From a virus (lineage: Duplodnaviria > Caudoviricetes), in the IMG/VR virus record IMGVR_UViG_3300028423_000363, positions 1 to 62,770 of that record: a stretch of DNA of 62,770 nucleotides. The stretch is one strand, 5' to 3'. The translations under genes and the position numbers were made by a program. Below, one piece after another: positions 29,717-38,353 of this stretch; the stretch's first letter is position 1; every line of letters begins with the position of its first letter. The notes under the pieces are model-generated. The model did no database searches, had not been told where the DNA came from, and worked only from the letters and a program-made list of their open reading frames with translations.

Positions 29717-29956
29717 TTATAAAATAAAATACATTAGTATAACAGGAAGTATAGTCATAAAGAAGTCTAAAGGTTCAGGTGTGCCTTTTTTAAGGTACAT
29801 ATCCCAAACAGCTTCTTTAGCACCTGCTATAACAATAGTAGATGCTAACGCCCATTCTAAAGACATAAATAAGGCTAAGAATAAATAAATTAACGTTCCT
29901 GCTATAAAATGTAGTAGTTTGTCTTTTGCTGTTATTCTACTCAATAGTTGTTTCAT
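29717..29956 (-). CDS. Small membrane protein (DKxxHF, VanZ-like)
   Basis: DKLLHFIAG...KEAVWD...EPLD, hydrophobic. Confidence 0.55.
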   Translation of the reverse strand: MKQLLSRITAKDKLLHFIAGTLIYLFLALFMSLEWALASTIVIAGAKEAVWDMYLKKGTPEPLDFFMTILPVILMYFIL

Positions 29957-30107
29957 AATCTACGCCTTTAGTTGTTAGAAAATCAATTAGTTCTTGCTCT
30001 GTTTCAAATTCCTCGAAGTAAGGCTGACCACTGTTAACTTGTTGTCCTTCTTCTATTTTTCCATAATGGAAAACATCCTTGTCATTGTGTGCTACATAAT
30101 ATTTCAT
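29937..30107 (-). CDS. Small hypothetical protein (56 aa, not in ORF track)
   Basis: Read manually: MKYYVAHNDKDVFHYGKIEEGQQVNSGQPYFEEFETEQELIDFLTTKGVDYETTIE; fills the operon gap. Confidence 0.55.
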   Translation of the reverse strand: MKYYVAHNDKDVFHYGKIEEGQQVNSGQPYFEEFETEQELIDFLTTKGVDYETTIE

Positions 30108-30117
30108 ATCTATTTTT

Positions 30118-31116
30118 TTATATTTCTAATCCGCCATCTGTGATTGTCCAACCTCTAGCAATTAAAGCGTTTCTTGCTGTTTGCCCTGCTGCGTTGTATT
30201 GTGAGTTACCACCATCAAAGGCTACGTTGTTGTTAGGGTTGTTTGCTTCTAAGTCTATCAATAATTGTGAGTAGCGTTCTGTGTTTATGGTGTTTTCTAA
30301 GAACATAGAACCGCCGTTAGTTAATGAAGGTAACTCCATCCCTGTTGGTAATGAAGTAAGGGAGTTATCCATAAACATAAAACGACCATCAGTCAACAAT
30401 GGCAAATCCATACCACTTGGTAACGATGTTAAATTATTGCCTAAAAACATAGAAATACCTTCAGTCAACAACGGTAACTCCATCCCTGTTGGTAATGAAG
30501 TTAAATTGTTTCGCACAAACATTTGTACACCTTCATTCAACAATGGCAACTCCATTCCTGCTGGTAATGATGTAATAGCATTATCTCTAAACATTCTACC
30601 AGCAACAATTAACAAAGGCATTTTCATATCGCTTGGTAATGAAGTAAGGGAGTTATCCATAAACATAAAACTTCCAATCTCTACAACTTCAAACCAAGCA
30701 CCACCACCTGCTATTTCTGATAAATTTGAGCATCCGAAAAACGCATTACTTTGATTAGGCTCATTAACTCCATACAATCCCCATTGAAGGACTTTAAGCA
30801 GTTTATTTTTATCTCCACCATCACTAAACGTTAACTTATCAAGCCCTGCTTCTTTTGGAATAACTCTTAACTCATATATACCTGCGCTAGGTAAGGTAAT
30901 TGTTTGCTCGTTAACTAAGTCGCTAAAACTTGCAACTAAGCTGTTATTTTGATAGGCTTCTACATCGTACTCGCCAACCGCACCTGTAAATTGGAATTGG
31001 TCTGCATTGCTTACCCCTGCGATAGATGTATCTACCTCAATAATGAAGTTAGGGTCGAATTTAGAATAAGACCGACCTGTTATATCAATACTGTTAGATA
31101 TCGACAATCCTACCAT
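30118..31116 (-). CDS. Leucine-rich-repeat (BspA-like) virion fibre, possibly a head fibre
   Basis: Five 24-aa repeats NxLTSLPxGMELPLLxxGxxMFxx; C-terminus ARNALIARGWTITDGG. Confidence 0.65.
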   Translation of the reverse strand: MVGLSISNSIDITGRSYSKFDPNFIIEVDTSIAGVSNADQFQFTGAVGEYDVEAYQNNSLVASFSDLVNEQTITLPSAGIYELRVIPKEAGLDKLTFSDGGDKNKLLKVLQWGLYGVNEPNQSNAFFGCSNLSEIAGGGAWFEVVEIGSFMFMDNSLTSLPSDMKMPLLIVAGRMFRDNAITSLPAGMELPLLNEGVQMFVRNNLTSLPTGMELPLLTEGISMFLGNNLTSLPSGMDLPLLTDGRFMFMDNSLTSLPTGMELPSLTNGGSMFLENTINTERYSQLLIDLEANNPNNNVAFDGGNSQYNAAGQTARNALIARGWTITDGGLEI

Positions 31117-31364
31117 AGTGCAAGAATATCGCTAGCTGTCGTGTTTGTACTAAAAACTCTAACAACCTGAACAGGTAAAAAACTTCCGTCAGCAACATTT
31201 TTAAAGACTACGTCGTCTCCACTAGATGTTAAAACTCTTAAATCTCCTCCTGTACCCACAAATAATACAGCACCTCTGTTGTTTTGTGTTTCATACTGAA
31301 AGTTTTCTGTATCACTAGCGGTAATACTCTTAACTTGTGAACTTTGTAATTTCTGATAACTCAT
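31110..31364 (-). CDS. Small beta-rich virion protein (head-spike-base-like)
   Basis: LFVGTGGDLRV...VFKNV..GSFLPVQVVRV.ST.TTASDI.AL resembles the RcGTA Rcc01079 spike-base family. Confidence 0.55.
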   Translation of the reverse strand: MSYQKLQSSQVKSITASDTENFQYETQNNRGAVLFVGTGGDLRVLTSSGDDVVFKNVADGSFLPVQVVRVFSTNTTASDILALW

Positions 31365-31367
31365 ATC

Positions 31368-31625
31368 TTATTTCTTTTTTCTTTTAATACTTTTTGCTCT
31401 CTTACCCATTCCGACTTTCTTTTTATCTCTTACGGCTTTTTTCTTTTCCGAAGAAGACATTTCTCCCCAAGTCTTAGGAGTTTTTGACGAAACACGTTTT
31501 GTAGGTCTACACTTCTTTACAGCTTTGTTTTTACTAGAACCACACTTATTTCCTTTTTCATCTCTCCAATCTTCTTTAAACCATCTTTTCAGTGATAAGC
31601 CTTTTTTAGTTTTCCTTATAGCCAT
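31368..31625 (-). CDS. Small basic phage protein
   Basis: LKRWFKEDWRD...CRPTKRVSSKTPKT, very K/R-rich. Confidence 0.65.
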   Translation of the reverse strand: MAIRKTKKGLSLKRWFKEDWRDEKGNKCGSSKNKAVKKCRPTKRVSSKTPKTWGEMSSSEKKKAVRDKKKVGMGKRAKSIKRKKK

Positions 31626-31744
31626 TACTTTTTCTTTTTAGCTTGTTTCTTTCTACACTTAGCAATAGCACCGCCTGCGTAGGCACTTGGAAAAACTTTA
31701 TATTTTTTCTTTACTTTATAGTAACAATAATCTTTCTTACTCAT
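31625..31744 (-). CDS. Small basic Cys-containing peptide (39 aa, not in ORF track)
   Basis: Read manually: MSKKDYCYYKVKRKYKVFPSAYAGGAIAKCRKKQAKKKK; stop overlaps the next start (TAATG). Confidence 0.6.
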   Translation of the reverse strand: MSKKDYCYYKVKKKYKVFPSAYAGGAIAKCRKKQAKKKK

Positions 31745-31761
31745 AAACCTCTATAAATCAA

Positions 31762-32019
31762 TTAGTTACAGTTCCAAGCCTTTCTCGACCAATAATTTGC
31801 CGAAAGTTTATTATTCTTTCCTTTTATTCCACCGCTTCTAGCACAGTAACTCTTTTTGCGCTTAGGGTTGTCTTTCTTAATACGCATATTAGGGTCTCCG
31901 AAATGTATAAGTTTCTCTTTACCTCCTGAACAAGCCTTAACCATTTTAGTCTTATTCTTCTTAGGAGACTTAGTAGGTTTATTACATTTCATCTTAGATT
32001 TATCAACTCTTTTTCCCAT
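31762..32019 (-). CDS. Small basic phage protein
   Basis: KLIHFGDPNM.IKK..P.RKKSYCARS...SANYWS motif; follows the promoter at 32034. Confidence 0.65.
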   Translation of the reverse strand: MGKRVDKSKMKCNKPTKSPKKNKTKMVKACSGGKEKLIHFGDPNMRIKKDNPKRKKSYCARSGGIKGKNNKLSANYWSRKAWNCN

Positions 32020-32110
32020 AGCGTTATTTTATACAAAGATACAAAAAAAGCCAAAGTCGAAACTTCAGCTTTTAATGATGGTTAAATTTAAAAGAATATT
32101 CTACAAAAGA

Positions 32111-32581
32111 CTACCTTCTAGCACTTGAACAGTTTTCAGAAAAAGTAACCCACCTTATGTTTCCTTTTTCGTATCCCTTATCTGCATCTATTCTGTCTAT
32201 TGAAGGGCTCTTTTTTAAATCGTATCCGCTTTCTTTCCACTTTTTAAATATATATTTATAATCATCATTATTTAATGACCACTCATAAAAATCTTCTTTA
32301 TCTAAAATAGAAAGACCTTTGTATAAATGATTTTTATTTTTCAAAACACCGCCTACTCTTGATTTCATATTTCTGTAAGTTCTAACCAACTTTCCTTTAA
32401 TTGTTTTTTCATATTTTTTAGTAATTATATTATCATTATTCAATCTTCTTTTTCTTTGCTTGTCATTATTACATTTTCTGCAATAATAATCATAGCCTCT
32501 TTTGTTTTTAGGTCTTTTTAAAAACTCAGAAACCTCCTTTTCTTTTAAGCAACAGTTGCACTTCATCTTTATTTTTTCCAT
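32111..32581 (-). CDS. HNH-like (His-Me finger) endonuclease with N-terminal Zn ribbon
   Basis: CNCC...CRKC, then SIDRID..KGY..GNIRWVT..EN. Confidence 0.65.
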   Translation of the reverse strand: MEKIKMKCNCCLKEKEVSEFLKRPKNKRGYDYYCRKCNNDKQRKRRLNNDNIITKKYEKTIKGKLVRTYRNMKSRVGGVLKNKNHLYKGLSILDKEDFYEWSLNNDDYKYIFKKWKESGYDLKKSPSIDRIDADKGYEKGNIRWVTFSENCSSARR

Positions 32582-33864
32582 TTGAAATAATAAGGGTTTA
32601 ATGTGTATGTATTCTCTTTGAAATTTATAGTATAAAAACCTGATATACCTTTTTTAAAATTAGTCTGAACCCAATTTGAAGAAGGACTAAAAGCAGGAAA
32701 ATTCCAATATTTAAACTTTTGAGATGTAGAATTGTCAAAAATATCTTGATGACTATCTCCTTTTATAAAGTATATATCGTATTTGTGTAAATCATGCTCG
32801 CTTATATAATTGTCTATCTTTTCTATTTGTTTGTTATCTAAAATAGGCTTAAAACCAAACTTCAAATTAACGCCGTCTTTTCCGTGAGTAGCAATAAAAC
32901 ATTTATCGTTATATATGTAGTGATTTATAAACTTCCTTTGTATCTTAAACTCTACATTACCTAACACGTGTTCTAAGTATGTTTTTAAAGGTTTGTTTAC
33001 TACATAGGCAAAACTCCCAGAGTGATTATCATCCACTATATTTACAACGTCAATTTGCTTATAAACAGAAGACAACTCAGAGAACAGCCAAACCTTAAAG
33101 TCAAAAGCAACATCAAAAGCTTCTTCGTTTGTCATATTCTGTGGCAGGTGATGTCCTTTTCTGACAGTTTCTCCATCCCAACCATCTAAATAATCTCCTA
33201 AATCAAAAAATACTAAATTATCATTTGTTTTTGTATTTATAATATGATTCAATAATATTTGACCTCTCCTGAATAATTCATCCTTGTTCCACTCTCCACC
33301 AAAAAGAGAGAAGCCATTAGGATTAGGGTTCATTCCGATATGAACATCTGTAATACAACATAAATCAAAATCACTTTTTTCAATATCTTTTTTTTCAAAC
33401 TTAGGAAGATTTGATTTTTCAGATATAAGTTCTTTTACTTTTTCTACAACTTTGTTTTCGTAATCTAAATCTCCTTCGACCACATTCTCCTTAAAAACTA
33501 TATTATAAAAAGGAGTTCCTGTATGAGACACTAATTTATAAGATGATATATCTTTTCTAGGTAAGGTGTAATGTTCGCAATATTCGTCAATATCCATCAT
33601 GTGTCCTTGTTCATTCCAGGCACTTAATACAAATGTTTTATCTTGTTTGTAATTATTTGACGAAGTATCTGATTTAACTTCTTCTTCATTTACAGGTATT
33701 TCTTTTACGTCAACGCTGTCTAAAGACTCTAATACTCCGCTAATTTTTCTTCTTATAGTATCAGTGTACTTAATTCCGTGAAGTTTACAGTAAGCTCTAG
33801 CGGTTTGACTTTTGTTCTTCTCTTCTTCGTAAAGATTTGATAACTGCTTTAAATTGTAATTCAT
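32569..33864 (-). CDS. Calcineurin-like metallophosphoesterase
   Basis: TDVHIG, LGDYLDG, DNH, THG and GDSH metal-binding motifs. Confidence 0.75.
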   Translation of the reverse strand: MNYNLKQLSNLYEEEKNKSQTARAYCKLHGIKYTDTIRRKISGVLESLDSVDVKEIPVNEEEVKSDTSSNNYKQDKTFVLSAWNEQGHMMDIDEYCEHYTLPRKDISSYKLVSHTGTPFYNIVFKENVVEGDLDYENKVVEKVKELISEKSNLPKFEKKDIEKSDFDLCCITDVHIGMNPNPNGFSLFGGEWNKDELFRRGQILLNHIINTKTNDNLVFFDLGDYLDGWDGETVRKGHHLPQNMTNEEAFDVAFDFKVWLFSELSSVYKQIDVVNIVDDNHSGSFAYVVNKPLKTYLEHVLGNVEFKIQRKFINHYIYNDKCFIATHGKDGVNLKFGFKPILDNKQIEKIDNYISEHDLHKYDIYFIKGDSHQDIFDNSTSQKFKYWNFPAFSPSSNWVQTNFKKGISGFYTINFKENTYTLNPYYFKWKK

Positions 33865-33923
33865 CGTTTAGTTTTTGAATTATTATATAACAAATATATA
33901 CAATAATCTTAAAAAACAAAGAA

Positions 33924-34406
33924 TTAGACATTAAAAAGATAAACCTTTGGGTTTTTAGGCTCATCACAAACATCTAAATGAACCCAAGATATAGGTTTTC
34001 CGTTTAGCTTGTTTTCTAATCTTATTTTATGTGGAAGTAATTCTGAGATACTAAGTAAGTATTCTCTAACGTGGACAGAAGACATATCTTTTACATTAAA
34101 GTCGAAAGCCTTTCCTAATACGTGTGCAGATAAATAAGGGTAATCTTTTGACGAAACTATTCGAGAAGTGTTTTCTCTTAGACCTCTTTGGTGCATATCT
34201 CCTCCGAAAAGCCAATTATTAACTGTAATAGACTTTCCTAAGTCCTTCCTTATAAATGTTATAACTTCTAATAATCTAGGGTCGAAACGTGATAAAAAAA
34301 AGTAATCACCTCTCTCTTTAAATTGGTTATAAACATCTTCGCTTACTATTTCTCGTATATCGAAGTATTCAAGGAATTCGTCGTAAAGTTTATTGGTTTT
34401 TGTCAT
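33924..34406 (-). CDS. Endolysin, peptidase M15-like
   Basis: QRGLR...SAHVLGKAFDF...WVHLD zinc-peptidase signature. Confidence 0.75.
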   Translation of the reverse strand: MTKTNKLYDEFLEYFDIREIVSEDVYNQFKERGDYFFLSRFDPRLLEVITFIRKDLGKSITVNNWLFGGDMHQRGLRENTSRIVSSKDYPYLSAHVLGKAFDFNVKDMSSVHVREYLLSISELLPHKIRLENKLNGKPISWVHLDVCDEPKNPKVYLFNV

Positions 34407-34569
34407 TTTGTTTTTGTTTTCGCCTTTTTTCTATTATCTCTATTGTCTTGTAAACTGTATAAATTATAGAAACTACTAGTAGTATGATTTTTAATACAGC
34501 TTCTAAACTAGAAAAACTAACTATAAATGTTACCAAATTTAAAATCCCGACTTTGTATTCGTTATGCAT
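34390..34569 (-). CDS. Probable holin (59 aa, not in ORF track)
   Basis: Read manually: MHNEYKVGILNLVTFIVSFSSLEAVLKIILLVVSIIYTVYKTIEIIEKRRKQKQNDKNQ. TM segment(s) plus basic tail, overlapping the endolysin start. Confidence 0.6.
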   Translation of the reverse strand: MHNEYKVGILNLVTFIVSFSSLEAVLKIILLVVSIIYTVYKTIEIIEKRRKQKQNDKNQ

Positions 34570-34948
34570 CTTTTTTATCTTTTATTGAGTTTAAACAGTG
34601 ACCACCTTTAAACCAATATTGTACGTCTATGATATATAACAAAGATACTAAAATCCAACCACATACTGTGAGACGCTTATCTCTCTGATTCTTACCTAAT
34701 ACACTTGAAGTTGTTTCGTTTTTATCGCCATGTAAAGTGCCGTTTTCTTTGCGTAACGTCATATTAAATAAAGTTGCAAAATGGTAATTTCCAAACTTAT
34801 CTAACTCAATAGCGTTAACTTTCCAAAAGTTATTGACACGACTTATAAAACTACTTCGTTTTTTATTCTTAATTAGTACCGCTATAAAGTTAGGGAATAC
34901 TAAAATAAAGAAAATAACGTATGCTATAATGCTTAATATAAATCCCAT
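34562..34948 (-). CDS. Membrane protein next to the lysis genes
   Basis: Two hydrophobic segments; DKFGN...ETTSSVLGKN...HC..SI motif. Confidence 0.6.
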   Translation of the reverse strand: MGFILSIIAYVIFFILVFPNFIAVLIKNKKRSSFISRVNNFWKVNAIELDKFGNYHFATLFNMTLRKENGTLHGDKNETTSSVLGKNQRDKRLTVCGWILVSLLYIIDVQYWFKGGHCLNSIKDKKDA

Positions 34949-34950
34949 AT

Positions 34951-35388
34951 CTATTCTATTATGTAATCATCAGCAATTAAACCTCCAAAAGTATTTTTAC
35001 TTACTATTTGCTGTAACACACCTTGCTTAATTATCCAATCTTGAATATCTAAGTAAGCCGTTAATTCACTAGGTATAGCATCTGTAAATTGGCTAATCAT
35101 AACATTTACCATATCTCTAGGAATGCGCTCGTAATAGTCTACAACTACGTGCTGTGCATCTGTTGTTGTTTCGCCTACAGGCTTTTCAAAATGCTGAATA
35201 TACTTTACTTGTGCCTTAAATCCTTTACTTAAAGGCTGTAAAATCTCAACTTGAATTTCAGCGTGTAAATTGTTAATGCCTGTTTTTGGAAATGTCAGTT
35301 TATTAACTTTATCAGTTATTTTGCTGAAGCGTTCCGCTTGTTCTTTCCATTGATCGCTTGTGATGTTTACTTTTGTCTTTAATTTCAT
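34951..35388 (-). CDS. Hypothetical protein (possible fibre chaperone)
   Basis: 145 aa, directly after the fibre/lectin genes. Confidence 0.55.
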   Translation of the reverse strand: MKLKTKVNITSDQWKEQAERFSKITDKVNKLTFPKTGINNLHAEIQVEILQPLSKGFKAQVKYIQHFEKPVGETTTDAQHVVVDYYERIPRDMVNVMISQFTDAIPSELTAYLDIQDWIIKQGVLQQIVSKNTFGGLIADDYIIE

Positions 35389-35394
35389 AATTTA

Positions 35395-36075
35395 TTAAAT
35401 TGTTATAAAAGTTGCTTGTTGTTCTTCTTCTGTCAATGCTCTATTCCATACAATTAATTCATCAAAATCAATTTTTCCAGTTAAACTCGAATTTAATTGA
35501 CCTAACCTATATTCTGATGAAGTGTTTAAAACACCTGTTTGTGCAAAGGTTTGCATTGCTTGTAAATTAGTTTGCATTGTCATTTGCGAACCATTATAAG
35601 TAACTATGTATTCATTCCAATCTGAAGAAATCGTATTACTAATACCATTAAGATTAACCCTGCCGTTATTTGTTACGGTTGTGAAAGCAGGAATTACTTC
35701 ATTATTAGATGAAACTTGTCGAATTAAAAAAGAATTAGACCCAAGCCACCCAGTAAAGATTTCATTTTTTAAATCAGTTAAATCATTGTTTTTAAATCTC
35801 ACGTAGATTGTAAAGTTATTACTACCACCTAAAAAAGAATTATAACTTACATAGGAATTCGTATTTCCGTCAAAACCATACGCTAAATCTCCTGATTCAA
35901 AACCTGAAACACCTAAAGTAACCCCTGATTTTATAATTCCGTTTTCAGCACCCACTGAATCATTTGAAACTGTTCCGCTTATTTCATTACAGAAATACCT
36001 GTGTATTATACCATTAGAAGGAAATGGTGGTGCAACCGCCCTTAACCTACTCGCTGCTATTATTGACATACTCAT
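35395..36075 (-). CDS. LamG/concanavalin-A-like lectin domain virion protein
   Basis: FDG...FTIYVRF...W.EYIVTYNGS...DELIVWNRALT.EE. Confidence 0.7.
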   Translation of the reverse strand: MSMSIIAASRLRAVAPPFPSNGIIHRYFCNEISGTVSNDSVGAENGIIKSGVTLGVSGFESGDLAYGFDGNTNSYVSYNSFLGGSNNFTIYVRFKNNDLTDLKNEIFTGWLGSNSFLIRQVSSNNEVIPAFTTVTNNGRVNLNGISNTISSDWNEYIVTYNGSQMTMQTNLQAMQTFAQTGVLNTSSEYRLGQLNSSLTGKIDFDELIVWNRALTEEEQQATFITI

Positions 36076-37685
36076 TACTCAGCTAATTTTAAAGTTCCAT
36101 ATAAAGTTGCTACATCGCTACCGTGTGTTCTGATTCCAAACACACTAAACTCATTATCTGTTTTGTTTTGAAAGGCTGCGGTTACGTTTAAAGTACCGCC
36201 ACTTTCAGCTACAAAAGTAATTACATCAGTATCATCGCCACCAACTTGCTCGCCTTGAAATTCTAAATCACTAGCTAAACTATTAGGCACTAAAAATGTG
36301 CAAGGTGCGGTTATCATTAAGTGTTTATCTACATCGCTTGGTATTAGTGTGTAAGTGCCACTCGCTACGGGTTTGTCTGTTTTTTTGTCTACTTTATTAT
36401 TTTGTAAATCTGTTATATCACTAGCATTTGTAGAGATACCACTTATATCTTGGTCGCCTGTGTTTGTACCGCTAGTGTTAGCTAACCTATCAATATCTGT
36501 TTGAGAAGTAAATTTATTGTTTGTCGAGGTATCATCTATGTCATCTGCATCTAAAACAACATCTCCTATTTTAGTGTTTACAGAATTAACATCGTTAACC
36601 TCTGCGCCTGATTCTATGTTATCTAACTTTGTCTTATCTCCGTCAACGAAAGCACCTTCTAATAATATATCTTGTTTGTCTGATACTAAAACAGATAAAT
36701 CAATAGATGTCTTAATTACTCCGTCTTCTAATATATTTAAAGAGTTTCCTGTAAGTTCTAAGTCGTAAACAGAGCCACCTCCTGAACTACCACTTGAAAT
36801 ACCCGATATATCAATAGTCGTATTATCGTCTCTAGTTAATGTTATAGTGCTGGTAGAAGGATTGTAAGAACCACTTATTATTCTAGGCAAATTAGTGTCA
36901 TCTAAATATTTAGATAAATCAATATTAGATACTTCAACATTATCTTTTGATAAAATCAAATTATCATCTACAAGTTCTAATAGATATTCAGGAATAGGGT
37001 CTCCTGTTTCAAAACCTGTTTGATCTACTAAATTAAAGTCAGCTAAATCTGTTTGTTGTTCTCCGAAACCTGTAAGACCACTATCTCCTTGAAATAAATA
37101 AGACTTAACAACTCCGTTTTCTGTTATTGTAAAAACTGTAAAACCCTCTGATAAAGGTTGTATTTCAATAGGAGGATTAATATTATTTACAGCTTCAGAA
37201 ATATTTAAAGGTTGTATCTCTCCTAAACTAAAAACATCAGTCGTAGAGTCTTGTGTTATATTCTCTACAACTAATGCTTTCTCTGATATAACTTGTATGT
37301 TGTCTTTAGTTATAGGTGTTTCGTTAGCTCCATAAGAACCTTTACCTAAATCTTTCAGAGCTAAAACATAAAACCTATTACCTCTTTTTAATTTAAAAAA
37401 ATATATCTCATCAGCACTTATTGTTAATGACGGAGATAAATTGTTTATTAGTATAGCAGCATCTTCTAAGACAGTAATGCTTGCACTAGGGTTGTCTATA
37501 GATGGTAAAGTAAAAGATTTAATAAGATTGTTTTGCTCTGAAGCTTCGAAATCTTGAGTTATAAAAGTTTTAAGACCTTGAACCGTATAGTTTTTAGTCT
37601 TATTATTTTGGTCTCCGTCACTACCTAAAACAATATCTTTATTCGTTATATTGTCGTCTTGTATGTATGTTTTTATTCTTGCCAT
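36075..37685 (-). CDS. Tail fibre protein
   Basis: MARIKTY N-terminal module; DKTKLDNIESGAEVN, VNSVNTKIGDVVL and SGTNTGDQD fibre motifs. Confidence 0.7.
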   Translation of the reverse strand: MARIKTYIQDDNITNKDIVLGSDGDQNNKTKNYTVQGLKTFITQDFEASEQNNLIKSFTLPSIDNPSASITVLEDAAILINNLSPSLTISADEIYFFKLKRGNRFYVLALKDLGKGSYGANETPITKDNIQVISEKALVVENITQDSTTDVFSLGEIQPLNISEAVNNINPPIEIQPLSEGFTVFTITENGVVKSYLFQGDSGLTGFGEQQTDLADFNLVDQTGFETGDPIPEYLLELVDDNLILSKDNVEVSNIDLSKYLDDTNLPRIISGSYNPSTSTITLTRDDNTTIDISGISSGSSGGGSVYDLELTGNSLNILEDGVIKTSIDLSVLVSDKQDILLEGAFVDGDKTKLDNIESGAEVNDVNSVNTKIGDVVLDADDIDDTSTNNKFTSQTDIDRLANTSGTNTGDQDISGISTNASDITDLQNNKVDKKTDKPVASGTYTLIPSDVDKHLMITAPCTFLVPNSLASDLEFQGEQVGGDDTDVITFVAESGGTLNVTAAFQNKTDNEFSVFGIRTHGSDVATLYGTLKLAE

Positions 37686-37693
37686 ATTAAATA

Positions 37694-38353
37694 TTAGTTT
37701 AAAACTGTTACCCCTTTATTTTCTAAGGTAGTTACAAAGGCATCTGACGCTGAACTTCTAACTTCATTAACTCCTGTTATTTGAACTCGTTTCAAGCCAA
37801 CCCATGTCGCTTCAGATAAATCCTCTAACAAATTATCAACCTCTGATGTCGTAAGACCTACACCTGATGACGTGCTTAATATAAATCTATCCATAGGCAC
37901 ATAAGTAAAACTTCTCCTCGTTTGGTAATCTTCTATAGTGCTAAAACCTTGCAGAGAAACAAACTCACTTACCGAAAAAGGAATATTTGATATTTTCCCT
38001 GTTGCTTTTTCCGTAATATATAAGCCTTTTAAATTAGACATTCCAAATAAATCAGACAAAAGAAAGTCATGACTTGTTGCTTTTGTTACTTTCAATTCCT
38101 CGACGTTATCTCTACTAACATATATCTTAGTGCTTCCGTCAAAAGATAAAGGAAGATTGTAACTTTGTGGTGTTGAACTACTCTGTCTTGTTATAATATT
38201 ACCATCTCCATAATCTATTTGATAATCAGAACCATCAACAGTTTTAACACCTATGAAAACTTCCTCTTCTCTCCTAACACTGTTAAGGCTTAAGATAATA
38301 GGGTCTTGCTCTTGCTCTTCAAAATACGAGTAAACTAACTTCCTTATAGACAT
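37694..38353 (-). CDS. Virion-associated protein (PKD/LRR-like)
   Basis: IDYGDG, a short LRR-like stretch, and a C-terminus VDNLL.DL...LENKGVTV similar to the 30118 product. Confidence 0.5.
   Translation of the reverse strand: MSIRKLVYSYFEEQEQDPIILSLNSVRREEEVFIGVKTVDGSDYQIDYGDGNIITRQSSSTPQSYNLPLSFDGSTKIYVSRDNVEELKVTKATSHDFLLSDLFGMSNLKGLYITEKATGKISNIPFSVSEFVSLQGFSTIEDYQTRRSFTYVPMDRFILSTSSGVGLTTSEVDNLLEDLSEATWVGLKRVQITGVNEVRSSASDAFVTTLENKGVTVLN

Noticed and set aside
30118-31116. Diversity-generating retroelement template/variable repeats
   Set aside because: Repeats are in-frame LRR units without adenine-specific differences, and no reverse transcriptase is present.
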